Below are positions 18,422-29,372 of a stretch of 64,000 nucleotides of DNA, in pieces (position 1 is the first letter of the stretch; every line of letters starts with the position of its first letter). The position numbers were made by a program, and so were the translations under genes. This stretch comes from a virus (lineage: Duplodnaviria > Heunggongvirae > Uroviricota > Caudoviricetes). The DNA is taken from the IMG/VR virus record IMGVR_UViG_3300026549_001031. One strand, given 5' to 3'. The notes under the pieces were generated by a model, which worked only from the letters and a program-made list of their open reading frames with translations, made no database searches and was not told where the DNA came from.

Positions 18422-21160
18422 ATGGAACAGCAGAAATTCATTGACTTAGCAGAAGATATATTAGCTACGATAGGAACTCGTAAGCATGATATGGAAAATA
18501 GCAGACCTGCTACAAATGATTTGATTGTCACTGATATTTTGATGGGTCTTGGTTACAATATGAGAAGAGATACATCAGTTGAGAGGATATACTCTGGGGA
18601 CTATGATTGGTCTCTGGAGTCAGCTCAAGGTGACGCAGTAGCAGTTTATACAGTACCTGCTTGTAAGGAAATCACACTTGATAATGATTTGATGGTTGCA
18701 TTTGAAACATTGTCTGGTGTACCTTACAAGGTTGTCTTGGTAACAAATGCTGAGACATTAGAGATTTGGAAGTATGATAATGAATCAGAGAACAAATACA
18801 AAAGAGTTTATACAGTAGACTTTAAGAGTTTGGACGATACAGACTTTAAGGTGTTAGATGCAGTATCAAAACAGGGTTTTGATGAGGATATACTGGATGA
18901 GATCAGTAAGGACTGTGAAGTTACAGTAGAAAAAATCAAGAAATTATTTGATACACACATCAAGGGAATGTTACTCAACTTGGTTACAAATTCAGGCGCT
19001 GACGAAAATGAGGCAAGCAATGTCATTGACGAGTTTATGAACAAGATGTCATTTGACAATGAGAGTATTGTCTCTGGTGGAATTGACATCAGCAATGAAG
19101 AAGTAAACAAACTCAGGGCAATGTTGAATGAGAGCAATGAGAAAATCAAGAGACTTGAGAGCAATGAGGCACGTGCAGAGAGTGATAAGGTTGACAGCTA
19201 TATTGAACAGATTAGAGACCTTAACATTAAGATGAGTGACAAAGATAAAAAGATTGAGGAACTTGAGGAAGAGAATAAAGACCTTAAGGACCAAATCAAT
19301 CAGCTATCAGGTTCTGATAGAAAGCGTGCTCAGGAAATGTTAGACTTGATGGATGATAACCCTGAATCACCTAGAAATTACGTGGCAGTTGTAAATTCTG
19401 AATTGTTACAGAATGATAATTTACATACATTTGTAGGTAGAGTAATGCAGAAGTTGTATGGCATTAAGAGTTTAGAGGCTTCACAGTACATTTTTAATGG
19501 AGAGCTGTTCAAGTTAAACAGCAATGCAGTTAGAAATGACTTGAGAATGAACTCAAAGAATTATGACATTGACTTTAGAGAGGGTGAGACAGAGGATGAA
19601 ATCCTTAACAAGTTAAGGGTTTTGATGAGCAACTTCAGTGATGTTGTGTTTGAGTGTAAAAAGATTGGTTCATTACATCCTGTTAAGAATCAGGCATATG
19701 AGGATGGATTTGAAAACCCTGGGGATTCTGGAGAGAGTCAAGGATTTGATGGAAATGAGCAGGACTTCAATGGAAATGAGCAGGACTTTGATGAATCAGA
19801 CAGCTATGAGGAAGATGGTTTAGCAATTGATTCAGAGAATGGCAACTTTGAAGGAAACATTGGAGCATTTGATTCAGGAGAGCAGGGCTTCAATGAAGAG
19901 GCAGATGGACAAGGCTTTGAAGAAAATGAATCAGCAGAGGATTCAGGTTTTGACAGCATGGCTGGGTTTAATGCTGACAACAATGAATTTGAGCCTGGTT
20001 TTAATTCAGAGACAGATAGTTTTGGAGAGTTTATTCCTGATGAAACAGAAGTACCTGAAGAAAATGATGAATTTACATCTGATAAACAGAGAAAACCTGT
20101 ATTGTTAGCCTGTCAGCTTTCAACAGTTGACGAACTCATTTGGTCAGATGAAGAGATCAATTTCAAGAGTGTTAAATACATTACAGATGATCAAATGAAG
20201 CTTGTGTTCTCAATCAATAATGATGGTGGAAATGATAATACATTATGTAAATGTATCAATGCAATGTTAGCAATTGAGGCACATAAGAAAAATAAAGATA
20301 TCATTAAGCAGGTTAAGCTTAAGAATTTCTCACAGGTCAATTCATTTATTAAGCTATACACAGAGCAATATAAAGATTGTCCTAGAATCAATGGTACTAA
20401 ATACGCTATATGCGGTGTGAGTACAGTAGGAAATATTGGTTCTGCACTGAATGATATTGGTAAGGCACTGAATATTGATACATCTTCAATGTTTATTTAC
20501 TTTGAGGCTGAAACAGATTCATATTCAATTTTGGATAATTACCAGTATGATGAGAACTATATCACACCTAGAGAGAATGTGAACTTTGTAAGTAGTGGAA
20601 ACAACACTATGAAAGAAGTAGTTCTCCGTGGAGATATGTTGAGTAGCATTGTTATTACTAAGAATTCATTACAGGTTCAGAAAGAGATCTTATCAAATAT
20701 TGTAGCAGTTAAAACAAAATACATTGGTAAGGTAATTCATTCATCAGAGGGATCTGATGGTGCCTTGGTAAATAGCAATGAGGATGTTGCAGAAGTCTTC
20801 AGTAAAATGTTGATGGAGGCTAGGGCAAATGGAACTAACATTGATCCTAAAGATATATGCACTGTGATTGGTACAGGATATAAACTTATGTCCTATAATG
20901 AAAATGATGTGGCACCTGATCATATGGAAATGAGCATTGAGGGAGAAAAGATTTACATTTCTAAATTAGAGAATTGGCAAATGGTTGAATCCCTTGTAAA
21001 GGTTCATACAGTGTTGTTTAATAATACTGGCATTGCTATTAAAATTCATACAAATGTGGATGCAATTAACTTCTATGGTACACAGTTCTGCACAGCAGAG
21101 CCAACATTAAGTTTAGCAGTGAACAGTTTAGTTAACTACGTTACAAGTTGTTTTAAGTAA
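18422..21160 (+). CDS. large hypothetical protein (HsdR-N-like N-terminus, coiled coil, acidic Phe-spaced disordered region)
   Basis: 912 aa; ATNDLIVTDILMGLGY..VERIY N-terminus, coiled coil aa ~225-300, GF/DF-rich acidic stretch aa ~425-555. Confidence 0.7.
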   Translation: MEQQKFIDLAEDILATIGTRKHDMENSRPATNDLIVTDILMGLGYNMRRDTSVERIYSGDYDWSLESAQGDAVAVYTVPACKEITLDNDLMVAFETLSGVPYKVVLVTNAETLEIWKYDNESENKYKRVYTVDFKSLDDTDFKVLDAVSKQGFDEDILDEISKDCEVTVEKIKKLFDTHIKGMLLNLVTNSGADENEASNVIDEFMNKMSFDNESIVSGGIDISNEEVNKLRAMLNESNEKIKRLESNEARAESDKVDSYIEQIRDLNIKMSDKDKKIEELEEENKDLKDQINQLSGSDRKRAQEMLDLMDDNPESPRNYVAVVNSELLQNDNLHTFVGRVMQKLYGIKSLEASQYIFNGELFKLNSNAVRNDLRMNSKNYDIDFREGETEDEILNKLRVLMSNFSDVVFECKKIGSLHPVKNQAYEDGFENPGDSGESQGFDGNEQDFNGNEQDFDESDSYEEDGLAIDSENGNFEGNIGAFDSGEQGFNEEADGQGFEENESAEDSGFDSMAGFNADNNEFEPGFNSETDSFGEFIPDETEVPEENDEFTSDKQRKPVLLACQLSTVDELIWSDEEINFKSVKYITDDQMKLVFSINNDGGNDNTLCKCINAMLAIEAHKKNKDIIKQVKLKNFSQVNSFIKLYTEQYKDCPRINGTKYAICGVSTVGNIGSALNDIGKALNIDTSSMFIYFEAETDSYSILDNYQYDENYITPRENVNFVSSGNNTMKEVVLRGDMLSSIVITKNSLQVQKEILSNIVAVKTKYIGKVIHSSEGSDGALVNSNEDVAEVFSKMLMEARANGTNIDPKDICTVIGTGYKLMSYNENDVAPDHMEMSIEGEKIYISKLENWQMVESLVKVHTVLFNNTGIAIKIHTNVDAINFYGTQFCTAEPTLSLAVNSLVNYVTSCFK

Positions 21161-21187
21161 GATAAATTAAGGTGTAAGCGGTGCTTA

Positions 21188-21988
21188 ATGGAGTTGAGCA
21201 TCGCTTATATTTTTATAAGAGTGCGTGATTTATGGGTGGAGCATATGAATATCAGTGAGGTTTGTAGAAGAGGCTATTTTGACAATGTAATTATTGATGG
21301 TTATACAATGCCATTGTATAATAGCATGGGAATTGAATTACATAACAATGAGTCTTTGAATGAGGCATTGGACTTAAAAACACAAGCATATTTACATGGT
21401 TTAGCTAAAATCAGAGTAAATATTTATGGCAAGGTTGAAAATTATGAATCTGCAGAGGATATAACGCAGATGCAATTATATAGAAGCGAGGAACTTGGTT
21501 TAATAAGACAAGCAATAGGAAAATTTGATAGATACTTGATTGGATATGTGGATATCATTATTGTAAAAGGGAATTGTGTTTTTCCTACTGATGTGGAAAG
21601 CAAGGGAATTTCAGAAGAGACAGCAGTTAAATTGGCAAAGTCAGATGGTCAGTTTAACTTAATCATTCAGGCAATAAAGATGCAAAAAGATAAGGATATC
21701 AATATAGCAATTATAGACAAGATATTCATAGATAAGCACTTCAGAAGGTGTGGAGTGGCATCTTGGATGCATGATAACATTCAGGAAGTGGTTAAGGTAT
21801 TTGGTTTAATTGACATAAACGATGTGCTGTTAACACCTGGTGATTTTACACAAGCAGCTGAAACAGAGTTCAACATGAGTACAAAACAGTACAATAAAAT
21901 GTTGGCTAAGCACTACAAGGGGCTTGGGTACAGATTTATTGCACCTGATATAATGTGTAAGCATATAAGGAAACAATTATTATTTTAG
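21188..21988 (+). CDS. GNAT-like acetyltransferase fold protein
   Basis: IDKIFIDKHFRRCGVAS motif A; HYKGLGYRF motif B. Confidence 0.6.
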   Translation: MELSIAYIFIRVRDLWVEHMNISEVCRRGYFDNVIIDGYTMPLYNSMGIELHNNESLNEALDLKTQAYLHGLAKIRVNIYGKVENYESAEDITQMQLYRSEELGLIRQAIGKFDRYLIGYVDIIIVKGNCVFPTDVESKGISEETAVKLAKSDGQFNLIIQAIKMQKDKDINIAIIDKIFIDKHFRRCGVASWMHDNIQEVVKVFGLIDINDVLLTPGDFTQAAETEFNMSTKQYNKMLAKHYKGLGYRFIAPDIMCKHIRKQLLF

Positions 21989-22237
21989 TTACAAGCAAAA
22001 ATTTGGGTGTTTTAAGGGGTTTTTATTGTTAAGTGGTAAAGTGTTAGGGTAAGTATATAAAACTTGAATTTGGGGTGAAATTCAAAGCCACAGAGGTATT
22101 CTAGGATAGAAAGAGTTTATGTACTGGAAAATGGAAATTTCAAAAATAATTGAAAAATGTGCATGTATTTGGACATGTAATTATAGAAATTAAGAATTTT
22201 TAATTTATAACAGAAAAAGAAAGGAAAATTAAACAGC

Positions 22238-22828
22238 ATGAAAAGAATATTTTTAGACACTGAGACATCAGGATTAAGACCTGGTCAGATTGGACAACTT
22301 TCAATTATCATTGTAACAGACAATGAGAAAGAGGGAGAAGCAGCAAAGATAGAGAGCTATAACTACTATTTTGAAATGGATTACATTGAGCGTGGTGCAG
22401 AAGAAGCATGCGGAAGAGGATTGGACTTCTATAAAGAGGCTTCAGGTGGTAGAAAGTTTAAGGATGATGCAGCAGAGATTTTCAATCTGCTTAAAGATGG
22501 AACAGTGATTGCACATAACATCAAATTTGATAACAATTTCTTAAGTACAGAATTTTGGAGATTAGGTCTGACATATGCACCTCAGGGAGTATTTGATACG
22601 ATGGCTTATTTTAAGGATGTGCTTAAAATTCCTGGTAGGAGGACAAAGTACAAGAATCCTAAGCTTTGTGATGTTACAAACTTCTTAGGAATTACAGAAA
22701 AAGACATTGAGGAAGAGACAGCAAGGTTATTTGATAATGGTGCAGCAGAATTTCATGATGCAACATTTGATACAGCAGCATTATATTTGATTTACTTAAA
22801 AGAAAGTGAAAGACGAGCAAATGGCTAA
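22238..22828 (+). CDS. DEDDh 3'-5' exonuclease (DnaQ-like)
   Basis: FLDTETSGL, AHNIKFD, HDATFD. Confidence 0.9.
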   Translation: MKRIFLDTETSGLRPGQIGQLSIIIVTDNEKEGEAAKIESYNYYFEMDYIERGAEEACGRGLDFYKEASGGRKFKDDAAEIFNLLKDGTVIAHNIKFDNNFLSTEFWRLGLTYAPQGVFDTMAYFKDVLKIPGRRTKYKNPKLCDVTNFLGITEKDIEEETARLFDNGAAEFHDATFDTAALYLIYLKESERRANG

Positions 22829-23540
22829 AAAGAGAACTTATAAGAAAAAGGCAGACAGCACTAAACCAATACCTGTACTTAAGCCTGTTGAAGCAGGTGC
22901 ACCTGGAAGCTTCTTGGGGCAAGCAAGTAAATTAGGTGTGCAGAGGGCAGATGAAGAGGTACATAAGATTGAAAAGATGGATACAGAGTTTCCTTATATA
23001 CCTGCAGTGTTAATGACTAGGGCGGAAATCAAATTATACAGGTTTCTTTTGAATAATCTTGACTTAATTGATAGAGTTACAATATTTACTAAAGTAAGAC
23101 TGGCTGATATAATTCAGGTCAATGATAAAATTACTAGAGATCCTGTGTATTTTTACAAGATAGCAAGTAAGCATATTGATTTCCTTATTGTAAATAAAGA
23201 GACACTTGATGTAATATGTGCATTGGAATTAGATGATTATACACATAAATCAGAAGATAGACAAAAAAGGGACTTCTTTGTTGAATCAGCATTGAGAGCA
23301 GCAGGGGTGCCTCTTGAAAGAATAGGTGTCAAGATAGATAACATTAAGAAATGTGATCTGTCATTACTTGAGGAAAGAGTTTATAATGCATTTGCACCTG
23401 CTTGTGAAAAGTGTGGTAAGAAAATGGTGCTACGTGTAAACAATTGGAATGGACGTAAGTTTTATGCTTGCATAGACAATGTAAAGTGTAGACATACATT
23501 GAATCTTTGGGAAGTTTTTGATACTATAGGAAAAGCATAG
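22821..23540 (+). CDS. DUF2726 domain protein with C-terminal zinc ribbon
   Basis: KVRLADII, KHIDFLI, LELDDYTH, RDFFVE; CEKCG...FYAC...C. Confidence 0.8.
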   Translation: MAKKRTYKKKADSTKPIPVLKPVEAGAPGSFLGQASKLGVQRADEEVHKIEKMDTEFPYIPAVLMTRAEIKLYRFLLNNLDLIDRVTIFTKVRLADIIQVNDKITRDPVYFYKIASKHIDFLIVNKETLDVICALELDDYTHKSEDRQKRDFFVESALRAAGVPLERIGVKIDNIKKCDLSLLEERVYNAFAPACEKCGKKMVLRVNNWNGRKFYACIDNVKCRHTLNLWEVFDTIGKA

Positions 23541-23559
23541 GAAATGAGGGATAGGGCAA

Positions 23560-24849
23560 ATGGCTAGATTAAAAAGCAAGAAAATGAGAAATTCAAACTT
23601 TGGGGATACAGTGACAACATTCTTTTTATGGTTTATACCTATTGTTATAATTGTGTCCTTCATATGGGCACAAAATAATTACATAACAGTTTCAATGAAT
23701 ACATTTGAATCAGAGAGTATGCCTAAGAAATTTGTAGGGTACTCAATTGTTCAGGTATCAGACTTAGATAACTCAAGTAAGGTAGGTAAAATTGTAAGTA
23801 AGACAAAAGAGTTAAAGCCTGACATCATTGTATTAACAGGTGGTTACTATGATAAAAATGGTAATTGCAATAATTCAGTTAAAGCAGTCACTAAATTAGC
23901 AAAGATTGCACCTACTTATTATGTTACATCACCTGATGATAAAGAGGACTGTTTAGCAAGTACAGGTGCAATAAATGTATCAAACACATTAGCAAGAATA
24001 GAGCCTGAGCAATTAACAGCAGAGCAGTTTATAAAGAAAAACTACGGCGATGACATTATTAACAAGGCAAAGGCAGGAGATAAGAAGTCCTCTGAATATG
24101 TGAAATACATTGAGACAGAATTAAGTAAGTCATCAGATGGACAAATGGCACTTAGTTTAATTGGTTTGACTTCAGATTCAACAAGTGAAAAAGTGAATGT
24201 GGATGATGCACAGCTTAGTACAGAAGAGGCTATGCAGAGACAGATAGACACAACACTTGAGGAATATAAGGAGACACATCCTGATGCAACAGAAAACACT
24301 GATTCAGACTTAAATGCATTACTTGGAACAGATACAGCAAGTTCAGATTCAAGCGAGACAGAGTCAAATGAAAGTGTAGACAGTACACAGAGTAGTGAAG
24401 ATGAAGGAACAGTCATTGATACTGATGAAAACGAGCTTAAGAAGGCAACAGATGCACTTACAAAGTATGATGACTCACATTACAGAATTGCATTACTTGG
24501 TGATATCAGCAAGGCAGACTTGCTTAATGGAGCAAAGTTAAACCTTATTTTTGCAGGTGGTACACATGGTACATCTGATGTAAGTCAGTATAGTAAGGGA
24601 ATGTATACAGTTGGTAATATATCATTATTAGTAAGTGGTGGCATTGGTAAACCTGATTCAGGCAGTAGATTTCTGAATTTACCTGAAATAAATTACATTA
24701 GATTGTCAGATGGTACAATCAAACAAAAAAATACACTAGAGAAGTTTATTGATAAGTTTTATAAGGGCGACGTCAAAACTATTTTTGACAATGATGGTGG
24801 TTTTTCTAAGCATACTTACAGAGTAAATAGCAGTGGAGAAATGAAGTAA
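23560..24849 (+). CDS. membrane-anchored metallophosphoesterase-like protein (degenerate YkuE-like)
   Basis: TM helix, IVQVSDL, PDIIVLTGG, AGGTHG, VSGGIG...RFLNLPEI; several metal ligands missing. Confidence 0.6.
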   Translation: MARLKSKKMRNSNFGDTVTTFFLWFIPIVIIVSFIWAQNNYITVSMNTFESESMPKKFVGYSIVQVSDLDNSSKVGKIVSKTKELKPDIIVLTGGYYDKNGNCNNSVKAVTKLAKIAPTYYVTSPDDKEDCLASTGAINVSNTLARIEPEQLTAEQFIKKNYGDDIINKAKAGDKKSSEYVKYIETELSKSSDGQMALSLIGLTSDSTSEKVNVDDAQLSTEEAMQRQIDTTLEEYKETHPDATENTDSDLNALLGTDTASSDSSETESNESVDSTQSSEDEGTVIDTDENELKKATDALTKYDDSHYRIALLGDISKADLLNGAKLNLIFAGGTHGTSDVSQYSKGMYTVGNISLLVSGGIGKPDSGSRFLNLPEINYIRLSDGTIKQKNTLEKFIDKFYKGDVKTIFDNDGGFSKHTYRVNSSGEMK

Positions 24850-24948
24850 GGTTTGGCAATAGCATTTGGTGGTAAGAGTTATTACCTGTTTAATGTCATT
24901 GGTTTTAAGAGAAAGAAAAATTAAAAATAATAATTAGAGAGGTAATAA

Positions 24949-25908
24949 TTGGAAATGAGCAAGTATAGTCCAGAATTTTTGACAAGTATGCATAGGGAGC
25001 CTATGACACTTAATTTTATAAAGCAGGCAATTAAAGATAGATCTATGCTGGAGGGTTTAGTAATTGCATGCAGCGAATCACATGAATTGACTATTGATAT
25101 TGGACGTGGGATTGTAGGAAAGGTTGCATTTGAGGAGGTTGAGTACCATTATGATGGTTCACCTATCAAAGAAGTTTCTGCAAGGTCACGTGTAGGAAAA
25201 TACATTAAGTTTATTGCCTTGGGTATTGAGAAAGTGGGAGATAGCTATGTTGTAGAGTGTTCAAGACGTGAGGCACAAAAGGAGTGTCATGAGAATTTTA
25301 TTTCTAAGCTTGAGCCTGGAGATATAGTACCTGCTAGATTATTGAGGATTGAAGATTATGGAATCTTCTGTGACATTGGTTGCGGTATTGTGGCCTTATT
25401 ACCTACAAATAATATTAGTGTCACACATATTGTAAATCCTAAGGTAATATTAAGGGATGTGAAGAGACTTTCAGTAGTAATTCAGAGTATTGATGAAAAT
25501 TACAAGATACAGTTAACACACAAGGAATTGCTTGGAACTTGGGAAGAGAACATTGCAAAGTTCCATGAGGATGAAATTGTGCATGGTGCAGTGATCTCTG
25601 TTGAAGATTATGGTGTCTTTGTTAGATTAAGTCAAAACCTGTCTGGTTTATCAGAGTTACCTGATGATATTCAGGTAGAGCCTGGTAATATGGTGGCAGT
25701 AAAGATTAATCACATTTCACCTAAGAATATGAAGGTTAAGCTTCTGATTATGGATAGGACCATGGAAGATGAACCTGAATCATTAAAATTTGAATACAAG
25801 AAAACAAGTGGACATATAGATGAATGGCATTACTCCACACCAACAGCAAAGAAACAGATTGATTCTGTGTTTAGACCTGTTGATAATGGAGGAAAGCAGG
25901 AAGGTTAG
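24949..25908 (+). CDS. S1 RNA-binding domain protein (ribosomal S1-like, three S1 repeats)
   Basis: IEDYGIFCDIGCGIVALLP, VEDYGVFVRLSQNLSGL, SRREAQ. Confidence 0.85.
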   Translation: MEMSKYSPEFLTSMHREPMTLNFIKQAIKDRSMLEGLVIACSESHELTIDIGRGIVGKVAFEEVEYHYDGSPIKEVSARSRVGKYIKFIALGIEKVGDSYVVECSRREAQKECHENFISKLEPGDIVPARLLRIEDYGIFCDIGCGIVALLPTNNISVTHIVNPKVILRDVKRLSVVIQSIDENYKIQLTHKELLGTWEENIAKFHEDEIVHGAVISVEDYGVFVRLSQNLSGLSELPDDIQVEPGNMVAVKINHISPKNMKVKLLIMDRTMEDEPESLKFEYKKTSGHIDEWHYSTPTAKKQIDSVFRPVDNGGKQEG

Positions 25909-25917
25909 AGGTTAGAC

Positions 25918-26724
25918 ATGATATTTGTTACAGGTGATACTCATGGTTACTTCAAAAGCAGGTTTAACACTAAGAATTTTCCAGAGCAATACAGTATGAC
26001 AAAGAATGATTACGTTATAATCGTTGGGGATTTTGGTGGTATTTGGGATGAGCGTGGAGAAACTAAAGAGGAAAAGCACTGGCTAGATTGGTTTGACACT
26101 AGACGATATACTTTGTTGTTCATAGATGGTAACCATGAGAATTTTGACAGGCTTTATGATTATCCTGTAATACCTTGGCATGGCGGTTATGTACATCAAA
26201 TTAGGAATAGTGTTTACCATTTAATGAGAGGTCAGATTTACAATTTGTGTGGTAAGACAATATTTACTTTTGGTGGCGCAAGGTCAAGTGATGCTGAGGG
26301 CGGAATATTTGAGTCTAAGAAAGATCCTAGATTACTTGCTAATAAAAAGTGGTTGCATAGGAATAATGTGAACTACAGAATAAATCATGTGTCTTGGTGG
26401 GCACAAGAGATGCCTACAGAGAATGAGATGCAGTTGGGCATGAAAAATTTAGCAGATCATGGTTTATATGCAGACTTGGTATTAACTCATTGCTGTGCAA
26501 ATAGTACACAGACACTAGTTGAGGAAGAGTTAAACAATAAAATTATGTTGTTACATAAGAATAAAGAGCTAAAGCAATTCAAATATAATGAATTGACAAG
26601 TTATTTTGAATTTATTAAGCAGCATATAAGATATGGCAAGTGGATTTTTGGTCACTACCATGATAATATGAATGTTACACCTAATGAAATTCTAATATAT
26701 GAGCAGATAATTAGAGTTGCATAA
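25918..26724 (+). CDS. calcineurin-like metallophosphoesterase
   Basis: GDTHG, GDFG, GNHE, THC, GHYH. Confidence 0.9.
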   Translation: MIFVTGDTHGYFKSRFNTKNFPEQYSMTKNDYVIIVGDFGGIWDERGETKEEKHWLDWFDTRRYTLLFIDGNHENFDRLYDYPVIPWHGGYVHQIRNSVYHLMRGQIYNLCGKTIFTFGGARSSDAEGGIFESKKDPRLLANKKWLHRNNVNYRINHVSWWAQEMPTENEMQLGMKNLADHGLYADLVLTHCCANSTQTLVEEELNNKIMLLHKNKELKQFKYNELTSYFEFIKQHIRYGKWIFGHYHDNMNVTPNEILIYEQIIRVA

Positions 26725-26753
26725 GGAGTAATGAGGAAGGACAAGTTAAGTTT

Positions 26754-27539
26754 ATGAGTAACACAGAGGTTGGTTTGGGTAATGACAATGGAATTGAACA
26801 GCTTCAGCATATGATTGATGAAGCTAATCATATTGTATTCTTTGGTGGTGCAGGAACTTCAACAGATAGCGGCTTACCAGATTTTAGAGGGGCAAATGGT
26901 TTATACAAAGGAGCAAATTCACCTGAAGAGATACTTAGTCATGGATACTATGTTAAGCATACAAAAGACTTCTTTGACTTTTACAGAGAGAATATGATCT
27001 TTGATGGAAAAGCAAAACCTACAGAAATTCATGAGAAGCTTGTTGTTCTTGAGAAAAAGCATAAGTTAGATGCAATAATCACTCAGAATATAGATAGTTT
27101 ACATCAGATGGCAGGTAGTAAGAATGTGATTGAACTTCATGGGACATCAGCAACTAACACATGTCGTAGATGTAAAGCTAAATATACAGCTAAATGGATG
27201 TTGGGTACAAAGAATATACCTAGATGCACACAGCTAGTTGATGGACCTGGAGGACAAAAGGTTGCATGTGGTGGAATCGTTAAGCCTGATATAGTATTGT
27301 ATGGGGAAAAACTTCCTGTCAGGGCTTTGAATAAGGCATACATGGCAGTTAAGGGTGCAGATCTTATGATTGTAGCTGGTACATCATTGGTGGTTTATCC
27401 TGCAGCAGGGTTAGTAAGCGAGCTTAGTGAAGACTGTAAGCTGATCGTTATAAATAATGACAAGACAGGGGTGGATGAGGCTGCTGATCTGGTAATTCAT
27501 GGAAATATACTCAATGTGTTTAAGCAGTTAGAGGTTTAA
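26754..27539 (+). CDS. cobB: Sir2-family NAD-dependent protein deacylase
   Basis: GGAGTSTDSGLPDFRG, TQNIDSLHQMAG, ELHG, KPDIVLYGE, GTSLVVYPAA. Confidence 0.93.
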   Translation: MSNTEVGLGNDNGIEQLQHMIDEANHIVFFGGAGTSTDSGLPDFRGANGLYKGANSPEEILSHGYYVKHTKDFFDFYRENMIFDGKAKPTEIHEKLVVLEKKHKLDAIITQNIDSLHQMAGSKNVIELHGTSATNTCRRCKAKYTAKWMLGTKNIPRCTQLVDGPGGQKVACGGIVKPDIVLYGEKLPVRALNKAYMAVKGADLMIVAGTSLVVYPAAGLVSELSEDCKLIVINNDKTGVDEAADLVIHGNILNVFKQLEV

Positions 27540-27642
27540 TAACATGATAAACTTGGTAAGAAATGGGGCATGGTTGACATGTCCTATTTTTGTGCATTAT
27601 TATATAGTGTGGTAAATAATAATTTTAGTTAGGAGTAGAAAA

Positions 27643-28911
27643 ATGAGGAAAAAAGTAAAGTACATTGTAGGTGGAGTAGTTGCATTGGTAATTTTATGTG
27701 GATCAATTCCATTAGTAAATGTCACACATAAATATAATGCAGGAATTGTAAACGCAGCAGTTAATGGGAACAATGAGACAGTTGGAAAGAGCATTGATGA
27801 AGTAAGTGGCATTATTTCAGCAAGTGAATTGCATAGACTTGGAGACCTTGACATTTCAGGTGCAGTTAGTTTGGATGTTGATACATCACCTATTGAAAGC
27901 TTAAGCCTCATTGAATACATGACTACAGATAATGTAGAGTGTACATATAAAACAAATGTTAACTACAATAAGTTAAAAGAAATCATAAAAGATTATAATA
28001 AGTCACAGAAGAAGAGTACAAATGCAACATATAAAAGAACAGAGGATGGACATTTTGAAGTAGTTGCAGAAAAGAAAGGAACAGTGATTGACAGTAAAAA
28101 GTTGATCTCACATATCAAAGAAAATGGTTTAGACAATATTGAATTAAGTGATTACATTAAGGAACCAAAGGTCACTACATCTGATATGAAAAAGATTGTG
28201 AAAAAGGCAAATAAGGTGCTTGATTGGAAAGCAACATATACAGATGGAAACACCTATACAGTACCAAGTGATAGTGTCACAATTACAACAGGTGGGGCAG
28301 TTGAGATTGATTACAGCTTCGTAGATGATATTGTAAAGTCATTAGAAAAGACATATGATAATGTAGGAGCAGCTAGAAAGTTTAAAACACACAGTGGAAA
28401 GAAAGTGAAAGTAACAGGTGGTACATGGGGAACAATCATGGATTCTGCTAAAGAGAAAGATATGCTTATGTTGAGCGTTCATACAAATGATGACCTTAAT
28501 AATAGGACACCTTATATGAAGCAGGATTACACTGATATTGGAGATACATACATTGAGGTAAGTATAAGTAATCAGCATGTATGGGTTTATAAAGATGGTA
28601 AACAGATTATGGACAGTGCATGTGTGACAGGTAATTCAAATAAAGGACATGACACACCTAAGGGTACATATTTCATTTCTGAAAGAGTGAATGGTAAGTA
28701 CTTAACAGGAGATAACTATAAGACATGGGTAAATAAGTGGATGCGTCTGACAAATACAGGTGTGGGCTTACATGATGCTTATTGGAGATACTCGTTTGGA
28801 GGACAGATATACAAGAGCAATGGTTCACATGGATGTATCAATCTTCCTAAAGACTTTGCATATAAGTTATATGATAAGACATATGTGGGTATGCCTGTAA
28901 TTGTATATTAG
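27643..28911 (+). CDS. L,D-transpeptidase (YkuD) with peptidoglycan-binding repeats
   Basis: N-terminal TM, YIEVSISNQH, VTG...TPKG, GLHDAYW, GSHGCINL. Confidence 0.9.
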   Translation: MRKKVKYIVGGVVALVILCGSIPLVNVTHKYNAGIVNAAVNGNNETVGKSIDEVSGIISASELHRLGDLDISGAVSLDVDTSPIESLSLIEYMTTDNVECTYKTNVNYNKLKEIIKDYNKSQKKSTNATYKRTEDGHFEVVAEKKGTVIDSKKLISHIKENGLDNIELSDYIKEPKVTTSDMKKIVKKANKVLDWKATYTDGNTYTVPSDSVTITTGGAVEIDYSFVDDIVKSLEKTYDNVGAARKFKTHSGKKVKVTGGTWGTIMDSAKEKDMLMLSVHTNDDLNNRTPYMKQDYTDIGDTYIEVSISNQHVWVYKDGKQIMDSACVTGNSNKGHDTPKGTYFISERVNGKYLTGDNYKTWVNKWMRLTNTGVGLHDAYWRYSFGGQIYKSNGSHGCINLPKDFAYKLYDKTYVGMPVIVY

Positions 28912-28991
28912 TATTGACTTCTACATTTGTTTGTGGTATAATTTATATAGGGAGTGGAGAAAATATAATCAATAGATAAAAACAGGGAGGC

Positions 28992-29333
28992 ATGTTTGGA
29001 ATGAAATTAGCAAAGGTAAAGGGAACATGTATAAAGCTAGTAAGGACTGTAAACTATGGTGATAGCGTTACAGACAGATATGTATGTGAGTACACATATG
29101 AATATAATGGTAAATCCTTTTATTCTCATTATTGTCAACATACTAATGATAAAAGGACATTCATAGATGATGTAGCTCCTAAGGTTGGCAAAGAGTATAC
29201 ATTGTATATAGATGAGAGTGACCCTGAACATGTGGTGTTCAGGCCATTTGCATATGTGCAGTGGTTGGGTAGTTTAGCAGTAGGAGTAATTGCTGCAGTG
29301 GTTATAGGCATAGCAATAGCAGCAATTAGCTAG
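28992..29333 (+). CDS. small membrane protein (DUF3592-like)
   Basis: YTYEYNG..F..., VGKEYTLYIDESDP, C-terminal TM; own TTGACT-TATAAT promoter. Confidence 0.55.
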   Translation: MFGMKLAKVKGTCIKLVRTVNYGDSVTDRYVCEYTYEYNGKSFYSHYCQHTNDKRTFIDDVAPKVGKEYTLYIDESDPEHVVFRPFAYVQWLGSLAVGVIAAVVIGIAIAAIS

Positions 29334-29372
29334 AAATAAATAGTTGCAATTTGTAATATAGGAGGTAATGTC

